The position numbers and the translations under genes were made by a program. 64,000 nucleotides of DNA. It comes from an uncultured Gammaproteobacteria bacterium (GTDB taxonomy: Bacteria > Patescibacteriota > Microgenomatia > UBA10105 > UBA927). Shown in pieces: positions 19,127 through 30,620 of this stretch. The DNA lies in contig CAYUZE010000002.1 in NCBI GenBank assembly GCA_964449585.1, positions 116,833 through 180,832 on the forward strand, given 5' to 3'. How positions within the stretch are numbered: position 1 is the stretch's first letter; each line of letters starts with the position of its first letter. Under the pieces are notes generated by a model, which had not been told where the DNA came from, ran no database searches, and saw only the letters and a list, made by a program, of their open reading frames with translations.

Positions 19127-20059
19127 ATGTTGCATATATCGCTTGCGGCAGAACGACTCTGGACAGTCTATGGACTGTCCATTTCTAATTCGCTTTTGAC
19201 GACCTTCATCGTCATGGCGATACTCATCATTTTCTCCGTTTTGGCCACCCGCAATATGAAAATGATTCCCGGTAACCTTCAGCTTTTGGCTGAGATGCTG
19301 GTCGGAGGGCTCTATGACTTTTTCTCCGCCATTGCCGGCAAGCATGTAAAACAGTTTTTCCCCTTAGTTGCGACATTTTTTCTGTTTATTCTGATTGCCA
19401 ACTGGGTGGGTCTTCTCCCCGGTGTGGGTACCATCGGCTATTTCCGCACCGAAGAGACTGCGGAAGCGGCGCATGAAACGGTACCTTCCGCCGAAACGGC
19501 GCCGGTCGTCGTTGAGGATTCCCACGCTCCCGCAAAGGTCGTTGAAGACACCCATGAAGAGCCGACCGCCGATGCCACCCATGCGGAATCCACCACTGCG
19601 GCTACCGCGAGTGCAGAGAACGGTCACGGAGGACCGAAATTTGTTCCGCTGTTCCGTGCCGCCACCGCGGATTTGAATCTGACGCTTGCGCTTGCCATCA
19701 TTTCGGTACTGGCCATGCAGTACTACGGGTTTAAGAATTTGGGATTCCATTATTCCTCTAGGTTTATTAACTTTAAGGATCCTATTATGTTCGGAGTAGG
19801 CATTTTGGAGCTTGCTTCCGATATCTCGAAGGTAGTGTCGTTTGCCTTCCGTTTGTTCGGAAACATCTTTGCCGGCGAGGTGTTGCTTGCCGTTTTGGCA
19901 TTTTTGATTCCGTTCGTCGTGCCGCTCCCGTTCTTGATGATGGAACTTTTTGTAGGCGTCGTTCAGGCGCTCGTGTTCTCCATGCTTTCGACCGCATTCT
20001 TTAACGTTGCCGTATCACATGGCGAGGAAGAGCATGCGGAAGCCGCACATGCGGCATGA
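19127..20059 (+). CDS. atpB: F0F1 ATP synthase subunit a
   Basis: Essential Arg motif RLFGNIFAGE; carries a ~60-aa acidic/His-rich insertion (nt 19448..19636). Confidence 0.85.
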   Translation: MLHISLAAERLWTVYGLSISNSLLTTFIVMAILIIFSVLATRNMKMIPGNLQLLAEMLVGGLYDFFSAIAGKHVKQFFPLVATFFLFILIANWVGLLPGVGTIGYFRTEETAEAAHETVPSAETAPVVVEDSHAPAKVVEDTHEEPTADATHAESTTAATASAENGHGGPKFVPLFRAATADLNLTLALAIISVLAMQYYGFKNLGFHYSSRFINFKDPIMFGVGILELASDISKVVSFAFRLFGNIFAGEVLLAVLAFLIPFVVPLPFLMMELFVGVVQALVFSMLSTAFFNVAVSHGEEEHAEAAHAA

Positions 20060-20154
20060 TGATGCATATTGCATCAAGGCTATTTGCGGGTATACTTATA
20101 AACAAATAAAGCGGGATATAACAGTTCCGCAAACAAAAAGGAGGTGAGTTACCA

Positions 20155-20382
20155 ATGGAAGAAGCAGTTGTAAAAACAATCATGATGGGTGCAACCGTTG
20201 CACTCGGAGGTATCGGGCCGGCAATCGCCATCGGCGCCCTTACCGGAAAAGCACTTGAAGCCATGGGTCGAAACCCGGAAGCCGCAGGTGAAATCCGAAC
20301 GAGTATGATTTTGGGCGTGGCTTTTGCTGAAGCTATCGCTATTTACTCACTCGTCGTCGCCCTTATTATCAAATTTGTATAA
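20155..20382 (+). CDS. atpE: F0F1 ATP synthase subunit c
   Basis: 75 aa hairpin proteolipid with a conserved carboxylate (AFAEAIAIY); strong SD sequence AAAGGAGG. Confidence 0.9.
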   Translation: MEEAVVKTIMMGATVALGGIGPAIAIGALTGKALEAMGRNPEAAGEIRTSMILGVAFAEAIAIYSLVVALIIKFV

Positions 20383-20393
20383 CGAAAGGATCC

Positions 20394-20912
20394 ATGGATA
20401 AGCTAGGTATTGAACCAACATTATTGGGAGCTCAGGTCATCAACTTTTTGGTGATCCTTTTTGTGCTCCAAAAATTACTGTACAAGCCGATCCTTTCGAT
20501 GCTCGAAAAGAGGAAAAAGGAAATAGCGGAGGGTGTAGAGCTCACGGCCAAAATGAGGGAAGAGGAAGAAAAACTCAAAGCCGGCCATGAGAAAGCACTC
20601 GCCAAGGCCCGTGAAGATGCGTTAGGCATTATCGAAGATGCCAAGAAACAAGCCAAGGAAACCGAAAAGGAGCTTGTTGTTGAAGCGCATAAACAGGCGG
20701 AAGCTATCCTTGCCCGGGCAAAAGTTGAAGCAGAGGAAACAAAGAAAGCGGCCAAAGCGGACATATCCCGTGAGGCGGTTGAGCTTGCTGTCGTCATGGC
20801 CAAGCGGGTTCTCTCGCAGGTCATGGGCGCCAAAGAACAGCATGCCCTTATCGCCAAGCGCATAAAGGATCTGGAGAGCTGGGCCGTCCGAGAGGAGAAG
20901 AAATCCGCATAA
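20394..20912 (+). CDS. atpF: F0F1 ATP synthase subunit b
   Basis: 172 aa; N-terminal TM helix followed by a long charged coiled coil. Confidence 0.8.
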   Translation: MDKLGIEPTLLGAQVINFLVILFVLQKLLYKPILSMLEKRKKEIAEGVELTAKMREEEEKLKAGHEKALAKAREDALGIIEDAKKQAKETEKELVVEAHKQAEAILARAKVEAEETKKAAKADISREAVELAVVMAKRVLSQVMGAKEQHALIAKRIKDLESWAVREEKKSA

Positions 20913-20930
20913 GCGGATCAAGGTATTCCT

Positions 20931-21290
20931 ATGAAATCTGTTTCCAAAGATGCCCGAGGATTTGTAGAAGGGGTCATGTCACACTTGAAGCAAAGCGGCA
21001 AAGTCCGTGACGTATCTCCCAAGGTGCAGTCATTGCTGATAAAAATGTCGAACAGTGCCAAACACGAGCACCGGGCGACGGTAGAATCAGCGGTGAAACT
21101 CACTTCCGCGGAGCTACAGAGTATTGCGCGCATGCTTGCAAAGCTTTCGGGACATGAAGTAAGCATTACCAGTGTGGTGACCCCCTCGATTATCGGAGGC
21201 ATCCGTATCACCATGGCGGATTGGGTGATGGACACCAGTGTCCGCAATCAATTAGACGCCATGGCATCTATCGTCACCGTTTCGTCATAA
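20931..21290 (+). CDS. atpH: F0F1 ATP synthase subunit delta (OSCP), short form
   Basis: 119 aa versus ~180 typical; C-terminal OSCP-like IGGIRI motif; operon position between b and alpha. Confidence 0.65.
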   Translation: MKSVSKDARGFVEGVMSHLKQSGKVRDVSPKVQSLLIKMSNSAKHEHRATVESAVKLTSAELQSIARMLAKLSGHEVSITSVVTPSIIGGIRITMADWVMDTSVRNQLDAMASIVTVSS

Positions 21291-21294
21291 ACCT

Positions 21295-22803
21295 ATGAAA
21301 ACAAGCGCCGCATCACTTATTGCCAAAGAACTCGTTAAAAAGCTGGAAAGCTATGAATCCGGTGTTTCAGCCCGTCGCGTAGGGTACATCACGACGCTCG
21401 CTGATGGTGTGGCAAAAGCGTCCGGTCTTCCGGGAGCAAAATACTTGGAAGTGGTGACGTTTGCAAACGGAGTTGAAGGTGTCGTCGTCAACCTTGAGGA
21501 AGACGAAGTCGGCATCATCGTCCTGGGCGATTATCTGACGCTTAAAGAAGGTGATGAAGTCAAAAGTACCGGTGCCCTGCTTTCCGTTCCGGTTGGCGAG
21601 GCATTGTTGGGACGCGTGATCAATCCGTTGGGAGAACTCGTGGACGGCAAAGGGAAGGCAACTTTAAAGACCAAGTATCCCATGGAGCACATCGCTTCCG
21701 GTGTCGTTCATCGGCAGGCGGTAACGACCCCGCTTCAGACCGGTATCAAGGCAATCGATGCCATGATTCCGATCGGTCGCGGACAACGAGAACTTATTAT
21801 CGGTGACCGCTCCACGGGAAAAACGGCCATCGCCGTCGACACGATCATCAACCAAAAAGGCGAAGACGTAATCTGTATCTATATCGCCATCGGGCAGAAA
21901 ACTTCCCGGGTCGCTCAAGTGATCGCGGATCTGGAAAAGCACAACGCCATGGCGCACACCATTATCGTGGCCGCCACGTCCAGTGATCCGGTCACGTATC
22001 AGTATCTTGCCCCGTATGCGGGGTGTGCGATCGGTGAATACTTCATGGACAAAGGCAAGGATGTGTTAGTCATCTACGACGACTTGTCAAAGCACGCATG
22101 GGCATATCGCCAGATATCCCTGACGCTTCGCCGGCCCTCCGGTCGTGAGGCATATCCGGGAGATGTCTTTTACCTTCACAGTCGATTGCTTGAGCGTGCA
22201 TGTCGGCTTTCTGAAGCCAAGGGCGGCGGATCGATCACCGCCCTTCCCATCATCGAAACACAGGCAGGAGACATGTCCGCCTATATTCCGACCAACGTCA
22301 TTTCGATTACCGACGGACAGATTTATCTTGAATCCGATCTTTTCAATGCGGGACAACGACCTGCAGTCAACGTCGGACTCTCGGTATCCCGCGTCGGAGG
22401 AAGCGCGCAGATTAAGGCCATGAAGAAAGTGTCCGGGAATCTTCGCTTGGATCTCGCACAATTTCGTGATCTTGCGGCATTTGCACAATTTGCCTCCGAT
22501 GTAGATGAGGTAACCAAAAAGCAGATTGCCCGCGGGAGCCGCATGATGGAACTCCTAAAACAGGGACAGTTCCAGCCGGTGCCCGTTACCCAGCAGGTTG
22601 CGATCATGTGGGCGGGAAGCAAAGGATATCTTGATGAAGTGCCGGTGAATCGGGTAACGGAATTTGAAAAACAATTCCTGACCTATCTTGCGGCGAGACA
22701 TAAAAAGACGCTTACCGCTATCGCCAAAGAGAAAGTGCTTACTCCGGAAATTGAAAAAGGGTTGGAAACGGCAATAAACGAGTTTGCAAAATCCTTTAAA
22801 TAA
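21295..22803 (+). CDS. atpA: F0F1 ATP synthase subunit alpha
   Basis: P-loop GDRSTGKT; 502 aa. Confidence 0.95.
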   Translation: MKTSAASLIAKELVKKLESYESGVSARRVGYITTLADGVAKASGLPGAKYLEVVTFANGVEGVVVNLEEDEVGIIVLGDYLTLKEGDEVKSTGALLSVPVGEALLGRVINPLGELVDGKGKATLKTKYPMEHIASGVVHRQAVTTPLQTGIKAIDAMIPIGRGQRELIIGDRSTGKTAIAVDTIINQKGEDVICIYIAIGQKTSRVAQVIADLEKHNAMAHTIIVAATSSDPVTYQYLAPYAGCAIGEYFMDKGKDVLVIYDDLSKHAWAYRQISLTLRRPSGREAYPGDVFYLHSRLLERACRLSEAKGGGSITALPIIETQAGDMSAYIPTNVISITDGQIYLESDLFNAGQRPAVNVGLSVSRVGGSAQIKAMKKVSGNLRLDLAQFRDLAAFAQFASDVDEVTKKQIARGSRMMELLKQGQFQPVPVTQQVAIMWAGSKGYLDEVPVNRVTEFEKQFLTYLAARHKKTLTAIAKEKVLTPEIEKGLETAINEFAKSFK

Positions 22804-22811
22804 CATACGGT

Positions 22812-25084
<2,273 letters not shown>

Positions 25085-25087
25085 TCT

Positions 25088-25519
25088 ATGAATCAGTTCC
25101 TTCTGGATGTCATCACGCCACAGCGGAAAGCATTCTCCGAACAGGTGGATTCGGTTTCCGTGCCGACGCCCGACGGGACGATCGAAGTGCTCGCCAAGCA
25201 TGAGCCGCTGTTTACCCAATTAGCGGAAGGGGAAGTGAAGATTACCGCCAAGGGCAAGGAATTTTATCTGGCGATCGGCGGAGGATTTATGGAAGTTCGT
25301 CCCAAAGGGGAAGTGACCATCCTTGTTTCCCGTGCGGTACATGCCGATGAAATCAACGAATCCGAGATCAAAAAGGCCATGGATTCCGCAAAAGATCTGA
25401 TTGCACGGAAAGCCAAAGGTGAAGAATTAGCGGCGGCTATAGCCGTATTGCACCGCACGATGTTGGAGCTCAAGGTCAGCAAAAGGAAACACAAAGCCTC
25501 ACCGTTTAGGACGCAATAA
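25088..25519 (+). CDS. atpC: F0F1 ATP synthase subunit epsilon
   Basis: 143 aa; beta-sandwich plus helical hairpin pattern; last gene of the operon. Confidence 0.85.
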   Translation: MNQFLLDVITPQRKAFSEQVDSVSVPTPDGTIEVLAKHEPLFTQLAEGEVKITAKGKEFYLAIGGGFMEVRPKGEVTILVSRAVHADEINESEIKKAMDSAKDLIARKAKGEELAAAIAVLHRTMLELKVSKRKHKASPFRTQ

Positions 25520-25529
25520 TCCTTCCCCG

Positions 25530-25567
25530 TTGACAAGATACTTTTCATTTGTGCTATACTTTCACAA
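25530..25567 (+). promoter_or_regulatory. sigma70-like promoter (-35 TTGACA, 19 nt, extended -10 TGcTATACT) giving a leaderless mRNA for the CBS-domain gene
   Basis: TTGACA at 25530..25535; TATACT at 25555..25560; ATG at 25568 is 7 nt after the -10 box. Confidence 0.5.
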
Positions 25568-26086
25568 ATGACCGTATCAGACATCATGTCCAGAGATGTC
25601 ATGACCGTAACCCCTGATACATCCTATCGAGATGTCTGGAAAAAGATTTTCTCCACACACTGGCACACCGTTCCCGTCGTTGATAGCCAAAACAAGTTAG
25701 TCGGCATCATCACCCGCAAAGATTTACTGGCTCGGCTGTACCCGAATTATCAGGATGTATTGGAGTTTTTGGAGACGCCGCAGGATTTTGAAGCCATGGA
25801 AAGCCGGATCAAGGAACTCTCGCCGCTCAAGGTTCGGGATATCATGGTTACGACAGTTATCTTTTGCCGTGAGACGACGCTTGTTATGCGGGCGCTTTCC
25901 CGCATGATCGTCCGGCACGTGGATCAACTGCCCGTGTTAAATGACGAGGACGAAGTCGTGGGCGTCATCACCAAAGGGGACGTTTTTTACTCGCTGTTTC
26001 AGAAGAATTTTGCCCCGAAATCAGCCTCAAAATCGCCGAAATCCGCAAAAAAACCATTGAAAGCAACAAAAAAGAAGCGATCCTGA
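25568..26086 (+). CDS. CBS-pair domain protein with a Lys-rich C-terminal tail
   Basis: Two CBS motifs (IMSRDVMTV..., VRDIMVTTV...). Confidence 0.75.
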   Translation: MTVSDIMSRDVMTVTPDTSYRDVWKKIFSTHWHTVPVVDSQNKLVGIITRKDLLARLYPNYQDVLEFLETPQDFEAMESRIKELSPLKVRDIMVTTVIFCRETTLVMRALSRMIVRHVDQLPVLNDEDEVVGVITKGDVFYSLFQKNFAPKSASKSPKSAKKPLKATKKKRS

Positions 26087-26159
26087 TACATTTCTGCCCT
26101 GCCTACCGTGAAAAACGGAGAAATATTGACGGGGAGGGTTTTTTTTGGTATCTTAAACC

Positions 26160-27842
26160 ATGCACCCTACAGGAACCAAGTATATTTTTGTTTCGGGCGG
26201 TGTGCTCTCCGGATTAGGAAAGGGCGTTACCGCCGCCTCCATTGGATACCTCCTTCAGGCAAGAGGCTACAAAGTCACCTCCGTCAAATTTGAAAACTAC
26301 CTCAATCTCGACTCCGGTCTTATTAATCCTATCGAACACGGTGATCCGTTCTTGTGTGACGATGGTACCGAAGCAGATATGGACATGGGCACATACGAGA
26401 AGTTCCTCGGGAAAAATGTCTATCGGCACAACTTTGTGACCATGGGACAGATATACACCGCCGTTATCGGTCGGGAACGGAATTTCGAGTACAAAGGGGA
26501 AGACGTCGAGGCGATCCCGCACATCACCGATGAGATTTTGCGTCGCATGGATGAAGCGGCAAAGAAGGATGATGCCGAGATTGTGGTAATTGAGCTCGGG
26601 GGTACTGCCGGTGAGTACCAAAACATGCTCTACTATGAAGCATCCCGCATATTAAAAACCGTCAAAAAAGCGCCGGTCGTGCATGTGCACGTAAGCTACC
26701 TGCCGACGCCGCATCACTTGGGTGAACCCAAAACAAAGCCCACACAGTTATCCGTAAAATTCCTGCTTTCGATGGGAATTCAACCCGACTTCATCGTATG
26801 CCGCGGCGAAAAAGCCATCGACATCCGTAGGCGTGAACGGCTTGCGATGTTTTGTAACGTTGAGCCGGAAAACGTGATCAATAACCCCGACGAGGAAACG
26901 CCGTATGCGGTTCCTCAGACCTTTGAGGAACAGCAGTTTGCCCAAAAAATCCTTGCCATGTTCGGGCTTCCCGATCGCGCGGTAGCGATGGACGGTTGGA
27001 CAAAACTCCTGGAACGGGTGAAGGAAAGCAAAAAGAAATCAATCGAAGTTGCCATTGTCGGCAAGTACTTCGGTACCGGGGATTATGAACTTCGTGATTC
27101 GTATGCCGCGCTGATGGATTCGCTCGATCATGCCGGATGGGCGGAAGGAGTGACGGTCAAAACCCGCTGGGTGAACTCCGAAAAGATCGAAAAAGGCGAA
27201 GCTCCCGAAAAATTGCTTGCCGGGGTGGCGGGCGTTATTGTTCCTATCGGATGGGGAGCAAGAGGTGTGGAAGGCATGTTAAAGGCTATCCGCTATGCGA
27301 GGGAAAACAAAATCCCGTATCTCGGTCTTTGCTACGGAATGCAACTTGCCGTTGTGGAATACGCACGGAACGTGCTGAAACTTGAAGGTGCCAATACCAC
27401 GGAATGCGATGAAAACACGAAATATCCCGTGATCCATATGAATCCGATGCAGGAAGAGAACCAAAAACGCCGTGCGTACGGCGGCACCATGCGCCTCGGC
27501 AGGTGGGAATGCAAGGTAACGGAAGGTTCGCTTGCCGACCAGAGTTACCGTGAATTTTCAGGCTATAGCGATCCCGCAAACCGCACCGTGTGGGAGCGTC
27601 ATCGCCATCGCTATGAATTTAACGACGATTTCACCAAGCAGTTGGAAGAGAAGGGATTGGTGTTTTCGGGTCGATCAATCGTCGAAAATCTGGCGGAAAT
27701 TATCGAACTGCCGACCAATGTTCACCCGTTCTTTTTGGGAACGCAATATCATCCCGAATACCGTTCACGGCCGCTCGAACCGCATCCGTTGTTCATAAGC
27801 TATGTCCGCGCTTGTATCAAAGCCTCCGGAATGGTAAAATAA
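26160..27842 (+). CDS. pyrG: CTP synthase
   Basis: 560 aa; N-terminal synthetase domain (KYIFVSGGVLSGLGKG); C-terminal GATase (LGLCYGMQ). Confidence 0.95.
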   Translation: MHPTGTKYIFVSGGVLSGLGKGVTAASIGYLLQARGYKVTSVKFENYLNLDSGLINPIEHGDPFLCDDGTEADMDMGTYEKFLGKNVYRHNFVTMGQIYTAVIGRERNFEYKGEDVEAIPHITDEILRRMDEAAKKDDAEIVVIELGGTAGEYQNMLYYEASRILKTVKKAPVVHVHVSYLPTPHHLGEPKTKPTQLSVKFLLSMGIQPDFIVCRGEKAIDIRRRERLAMFCNVEPENVINNPDEETPYAVPQTFEEQQFAQKILAMFGLPDRAVAMDGWTKLLERVKESKKKSIEVAIVGKYFGTGDYELRDSYAALMDSLDHAGWAEGVTVKTRWVNSEKIEKGEAPEKLLAGVAGVIVPIGWGARGVEGMLKAIRYARENKIPYLGLCYGMQLAVVEYARNVLKLEGANTTECDENTKYPVIHMNPMQEENQKRRAYGGTMRLGRWECKVTEGSLADQSYREFSGYSDPANRTVWERHRHRYEFNDDFTKQLEEKGLVFSGRSIVENLAEIIELPTNVHPFFLGTQYHPEYRSRPLEPHPLFISYVRACIKASGMVK

Positions 27843-27860
27843 GCTTCTTGACTGACTCCT

Positions 27861-28271
27861 ATGGCAAATCACATTGTTTGGACCGGTAAAGATGGTGACA
27901 AGGAATTGACCGCTGACATGCACGTCGGCGATACCGTTCGCGTGCACTACAAGCTTATCGAAAAGGAAAAAGTTTCCGGCAAAACCAAGCGCGAGGTTAA
28001 AGAAGAAACCCGCGAGCGCATCCAGGTATTTGAGGGAATCGTTATCGCCATCAAGGGAAGTAATGAAAACGCCATGTTCACCGTACGGAAAATGGGCGCG
28101 GCCGCCGTCGGTATCGAACGTATTTTCCCGGTGATTTCTCCGTGGATTCGAAAAATTGAGATTAAGAAACACGGTGCCGTCAAGCGCGCAAAGCTGTATT
28201 ATCTGCGCGGCAAGATCGGACGAGATGCAACCCGCATTGCCGAAGCAACCAAACCCCAGGCCGCAAAGTAA
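27861..28271 (+). CDS. rplS: 50S ribosomal protein L19
   Basis: 136 aa L19 family (HYKLIEKEKVSGK...RIQVFEGIVIAIKG). Confidence 0.9.
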   Translation: MANHIVWTGKDGDKELTADMHVGDTVRVHYKLIEKEKVSGKTKREVKEETRERIQVFEGIVIAIKGSNENAMFTVRKMGAAAVGIERIFPVISPWIRKIEIKKHGAVKRAKLYYLRGKIGRDATRIAEATKPQAAK

Positions 28272-28620
28272 CATAGGCCTTCTCGGCGAGTCGCTCGCCG
28301 TTTCGTATCTTCAAAAAAAATCCTACATCATCCTTGCCCGGAATTATCGCGGCGGAAAAGGCGAGATCGATATCGTAGCCCTGGATCGGGGAACGCTGGT
28401 ATTTGTCGAGGTGAAAACCCGTACGTCCGAGCATTACGGGAGTCCCAAAGAGGCGGTTACCAAGCGGAAAATCGCCGAGATCATCCGTACCGGGCAGTAC
28501 TATTGTCAGAAATATCCGAATACGCCAAGGTCGCTCCGTATTGATGTGATCGCCGTGCTTCTTGATCCGGTGACCCATGCGATGATTGCGCTGGAGCATA
28601 TCCCGAATGTAACGGGTTAA
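28225..28620 (+). CDS. yraN: YraN family (UPF0102) putative endonuclease
   Basis: GEIDIVALD...VFVEVKTR motif; no ATG near the homology start; 28225 is the nearest in-frame ATG (overlaps the rplS 3' end); the start is uncertain. Confidence 0.6.
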   Translation: MQPALPKQPNPRPQSNIGLLGESLAVSYLQKKSYIILARNYRGGKGEIDIVALDRGTLVFVEVKTRTSEHYGSPKEAVTKRKIAEIIRTGQYYCQKYPNTPRSLRIDVIAVLLDPVTHAMIALEHIPNVTG

Positions 28621-29330
28621 TGTACACGGTAAGTGCGTTTTTCCTGTTCGTTTTTTGCCCGCATATCCATCGCCCAAATCTTTTTTTGGGTTTTATAAAT
28701 ACTCATGATGAGGTAAAAAATGTTGGCACCGAAAAATATAAGAAGCAGGGGGACAAAGATAATCCGGTCGAGAAATATAAGCATCGTGTTGAGGACAATA
28801 ACGAGTACGCGGAACTCCGACGGTCCCACCCCTTCGTTTGATACCTCAAACTGCCCGGTGACGCCAAAATAGAGCACGATATGGACAAAGTAGGCCGCAC
28901 TGATGGTCAATACCACAAACAGGATGTATTTGTACTCATAGGGGGTGAGGAACCAATAGCTGATGACGATGGCGCATAAAAAGAGATAATCCAGAAAATG
29001 ATCCATATAAAATCCCCACTTAATGAGTCCCGTATTTTTAGCGCGTCCCACCTCTCCGTCGAGGCGGTCGGTGACATATTGTCCGAAGACCCCGAGAGAC
29101 ATGAGCCAGAGGTAATTGATGTTTTGGATGGCCAGGTAGCCGCTTAATAAAATAAGGGCGATCCAGAAAAGGGTAGAAAGCGTCAAATGATAGGTCTCGA
29201 GCCAGGGAGGAAGAAAGGGGAGTATTTTGACGACGAGCGCGTCTTCGAGAGATTTGAGAAACCAGGTGCCCCGTTTATCGGCAAAACGGTTAAAACGCTT
29301 CTTGAGCAACATACTCGTATCATACGCCAA
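28617..29330 (-). CDS. CDP-alcohol phosphatidyltransferase family protein
   Basis: DRLDGEVGRAKNTGLIKWGFYMDHFLD matches the D-G-x2-A-R-x8-G-x3-D-x3-D signature; polytopic membrane protein. Confidence 0.75.
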   Translation of the reverse strand: MAYDTSMLLKKRFNRFADKRGTWFLKSLEDALVVKILPFLPPWLETYHLTLSTLFWIALILLSGYLAIQNINYLWLMSLGVFGQYVTDRLDGEVGRAKNTGLIKWGFYMDHFLDYLFLCAIVISYWFLTPYEYKYILFVVLTISAAYFVHIVLYFGVTGQFEVSNEGVGPSEFRVLVIVLNTMLIFLDRIIFVPLLLIFFGANIFYLIMSIYKTQKKIWAMDMRAKNEQEKRTYRVH

Positions 29331-29392
29331 ACCAGGCCGCTAAGGTACGGGGAAAATGGCTTCATGGTGCGATTATTGGTATAATATGGGGT

Positions 29393-30139
29393 ATGAATTG
29401 GGAACTTGCCCTCCGATTACTGGTTCCCGTCGTTGCCGCTTTCGGCGTCAATATTGTTATTGAGCGGGTGGTCCGGGTGCCAAAAAACCTGCAATCCTCC
29501 CGTACGACGACCTATCTATCTGTCTTAAAAAGCTTGCTTACCGTGTTGGTCTATGTCGTTGCAGGCTACTATGTGCTGACCACCCTCAAGATCAACATGA
29601 CGCCGTTGTTTGCCTCGGCGGGAGTTTTGGGTTTGGTCATCGGTTTGGGGCTTCGGTCATTTATCGAAGATTTCTTTACCGGAATATTTATCCTCACCGA
29701 AGACACGATTCGTGTGGGAGATTATGTGGAAATAGCGGGAAGCGAAGGGGTAACCGAATCATTGGGTCTTCGTACCGTCAGGTTACGTGACAAAAACGGG
29801 GCAATCCATATATTCCCGAACCGTGAGATTAAGAAGATTATCAATTATTCCAAGCGAGGCGCCCGCGTGATTGTGGATATTCCGATAAAAACGAACCAAC
29901 CCCTTGAGAGCGCAGAAGTAGCGCTTACTGCGGCGCTTACTACCCTTCGCAAGCATAAAACCATGGGACAATACGTGCATGAAAATTCCCGGGTCGAAGG
30001 AGTAGAGGCAATTAATCCCGGCAGTATCGTGCTCCGCACACTTATCCTTACCCGGGCTACCGACCGATGGAATGCGGCACGAGCATTTCGCAAACTTGCC
30101 CTTTCGGAATTGGCGAAGGCAAAAGTCCTTCTTGCCTAA
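29393..30139 (+). CDS. small-conductance mechanosensitive channel (MscS family)
   Basis: 248 aa; TM helices plus the MscS beta-domain pattern (GDYVEI...G.V..I.LR.T.LR..DG..IHIPN); TGgTATAAT is 7 nt upstream of the ATG. Confidence 0.75.
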   Translation: MNWELALRLLVPVVAAFGVNIVIERVVRVPKNLQSSRTTTYLSVLKSLLTVLVYVVAGYYVLTTLKINMTPLFASAGVLGLVIGLGLRSFIEDFFTGIFILTEDTIRVGDYVEIAGSEGVTESLGLRTVRLRDKNGAIHIFPNREIKKIINYSKRGARVIVDIPIKTNQPLESAEVALTAALTTLRKHKTMGQYVHENSRVEGVEAINPGSIVLRTLILTRATDRWNAARAFRKLALSELAKAKVLLA

Positions 30140-30177
30140 CTTATTATTTGGAATTACCCTGGGAATGGAGGTAACCT

Positions 30178-30618
30178 ATGATGCAATTTTCCCCGCTCAC
30201 GTACTTCGGGTATATCAAAAAGGAAGACGCAAAAGAACTTATCAAACGACGAAGCATCGTTTCGTGGATTTTTGCCGGAGCGCTCGCCCTCATTTTCGGT
30301 ATTTTAGAGTTCATGGTAACGCCTCGTCTCACGGCGATGTACCAGGATTTCGGCATGGAGCTTCCGGCATATGCAAACCCGACAATGCGTGCTGTCGTGT
30401 TTGTCGTCGTCATTTTCGCTATTTTGGCGCTTCGCCCCGAATCGGAAAGCGTCCTGGATGAAAAACTTCGCCAGTACAAAACAGGCGAGATGATTATGAT
30501 CAGTAAGCTTGTCGATTATAAGTACGAAATGGGGCTTTTCTTTCTCCTGCTTTCCGCAATGGGATTTATTATCTTTTCGATAATTCTTCCCGTCTATAAC
30601 CTCACCGCCGCCATATAG
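30178..30618 (+). CDS. hypothetical membrane protein (about 4 TM helices)
   Basis: 146 aa, hydrophobic segments; SD-like GGAGG upstream. Confidence 0.5.
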   Translation: MMQFSPLTYFGYIKKEDAKELIKRRSIVSWIFAGALALIFGILEFMVTPRLTAMYQDFGMELPAYANPTMRAVVFVVVIFAILALRPESESVLDEKLRQYKTGEMIMISKLVDYKYEMGLFFLLLSAMGFIIFSIILPVYNLTAAI

Positions 30619-30620
30619 CA

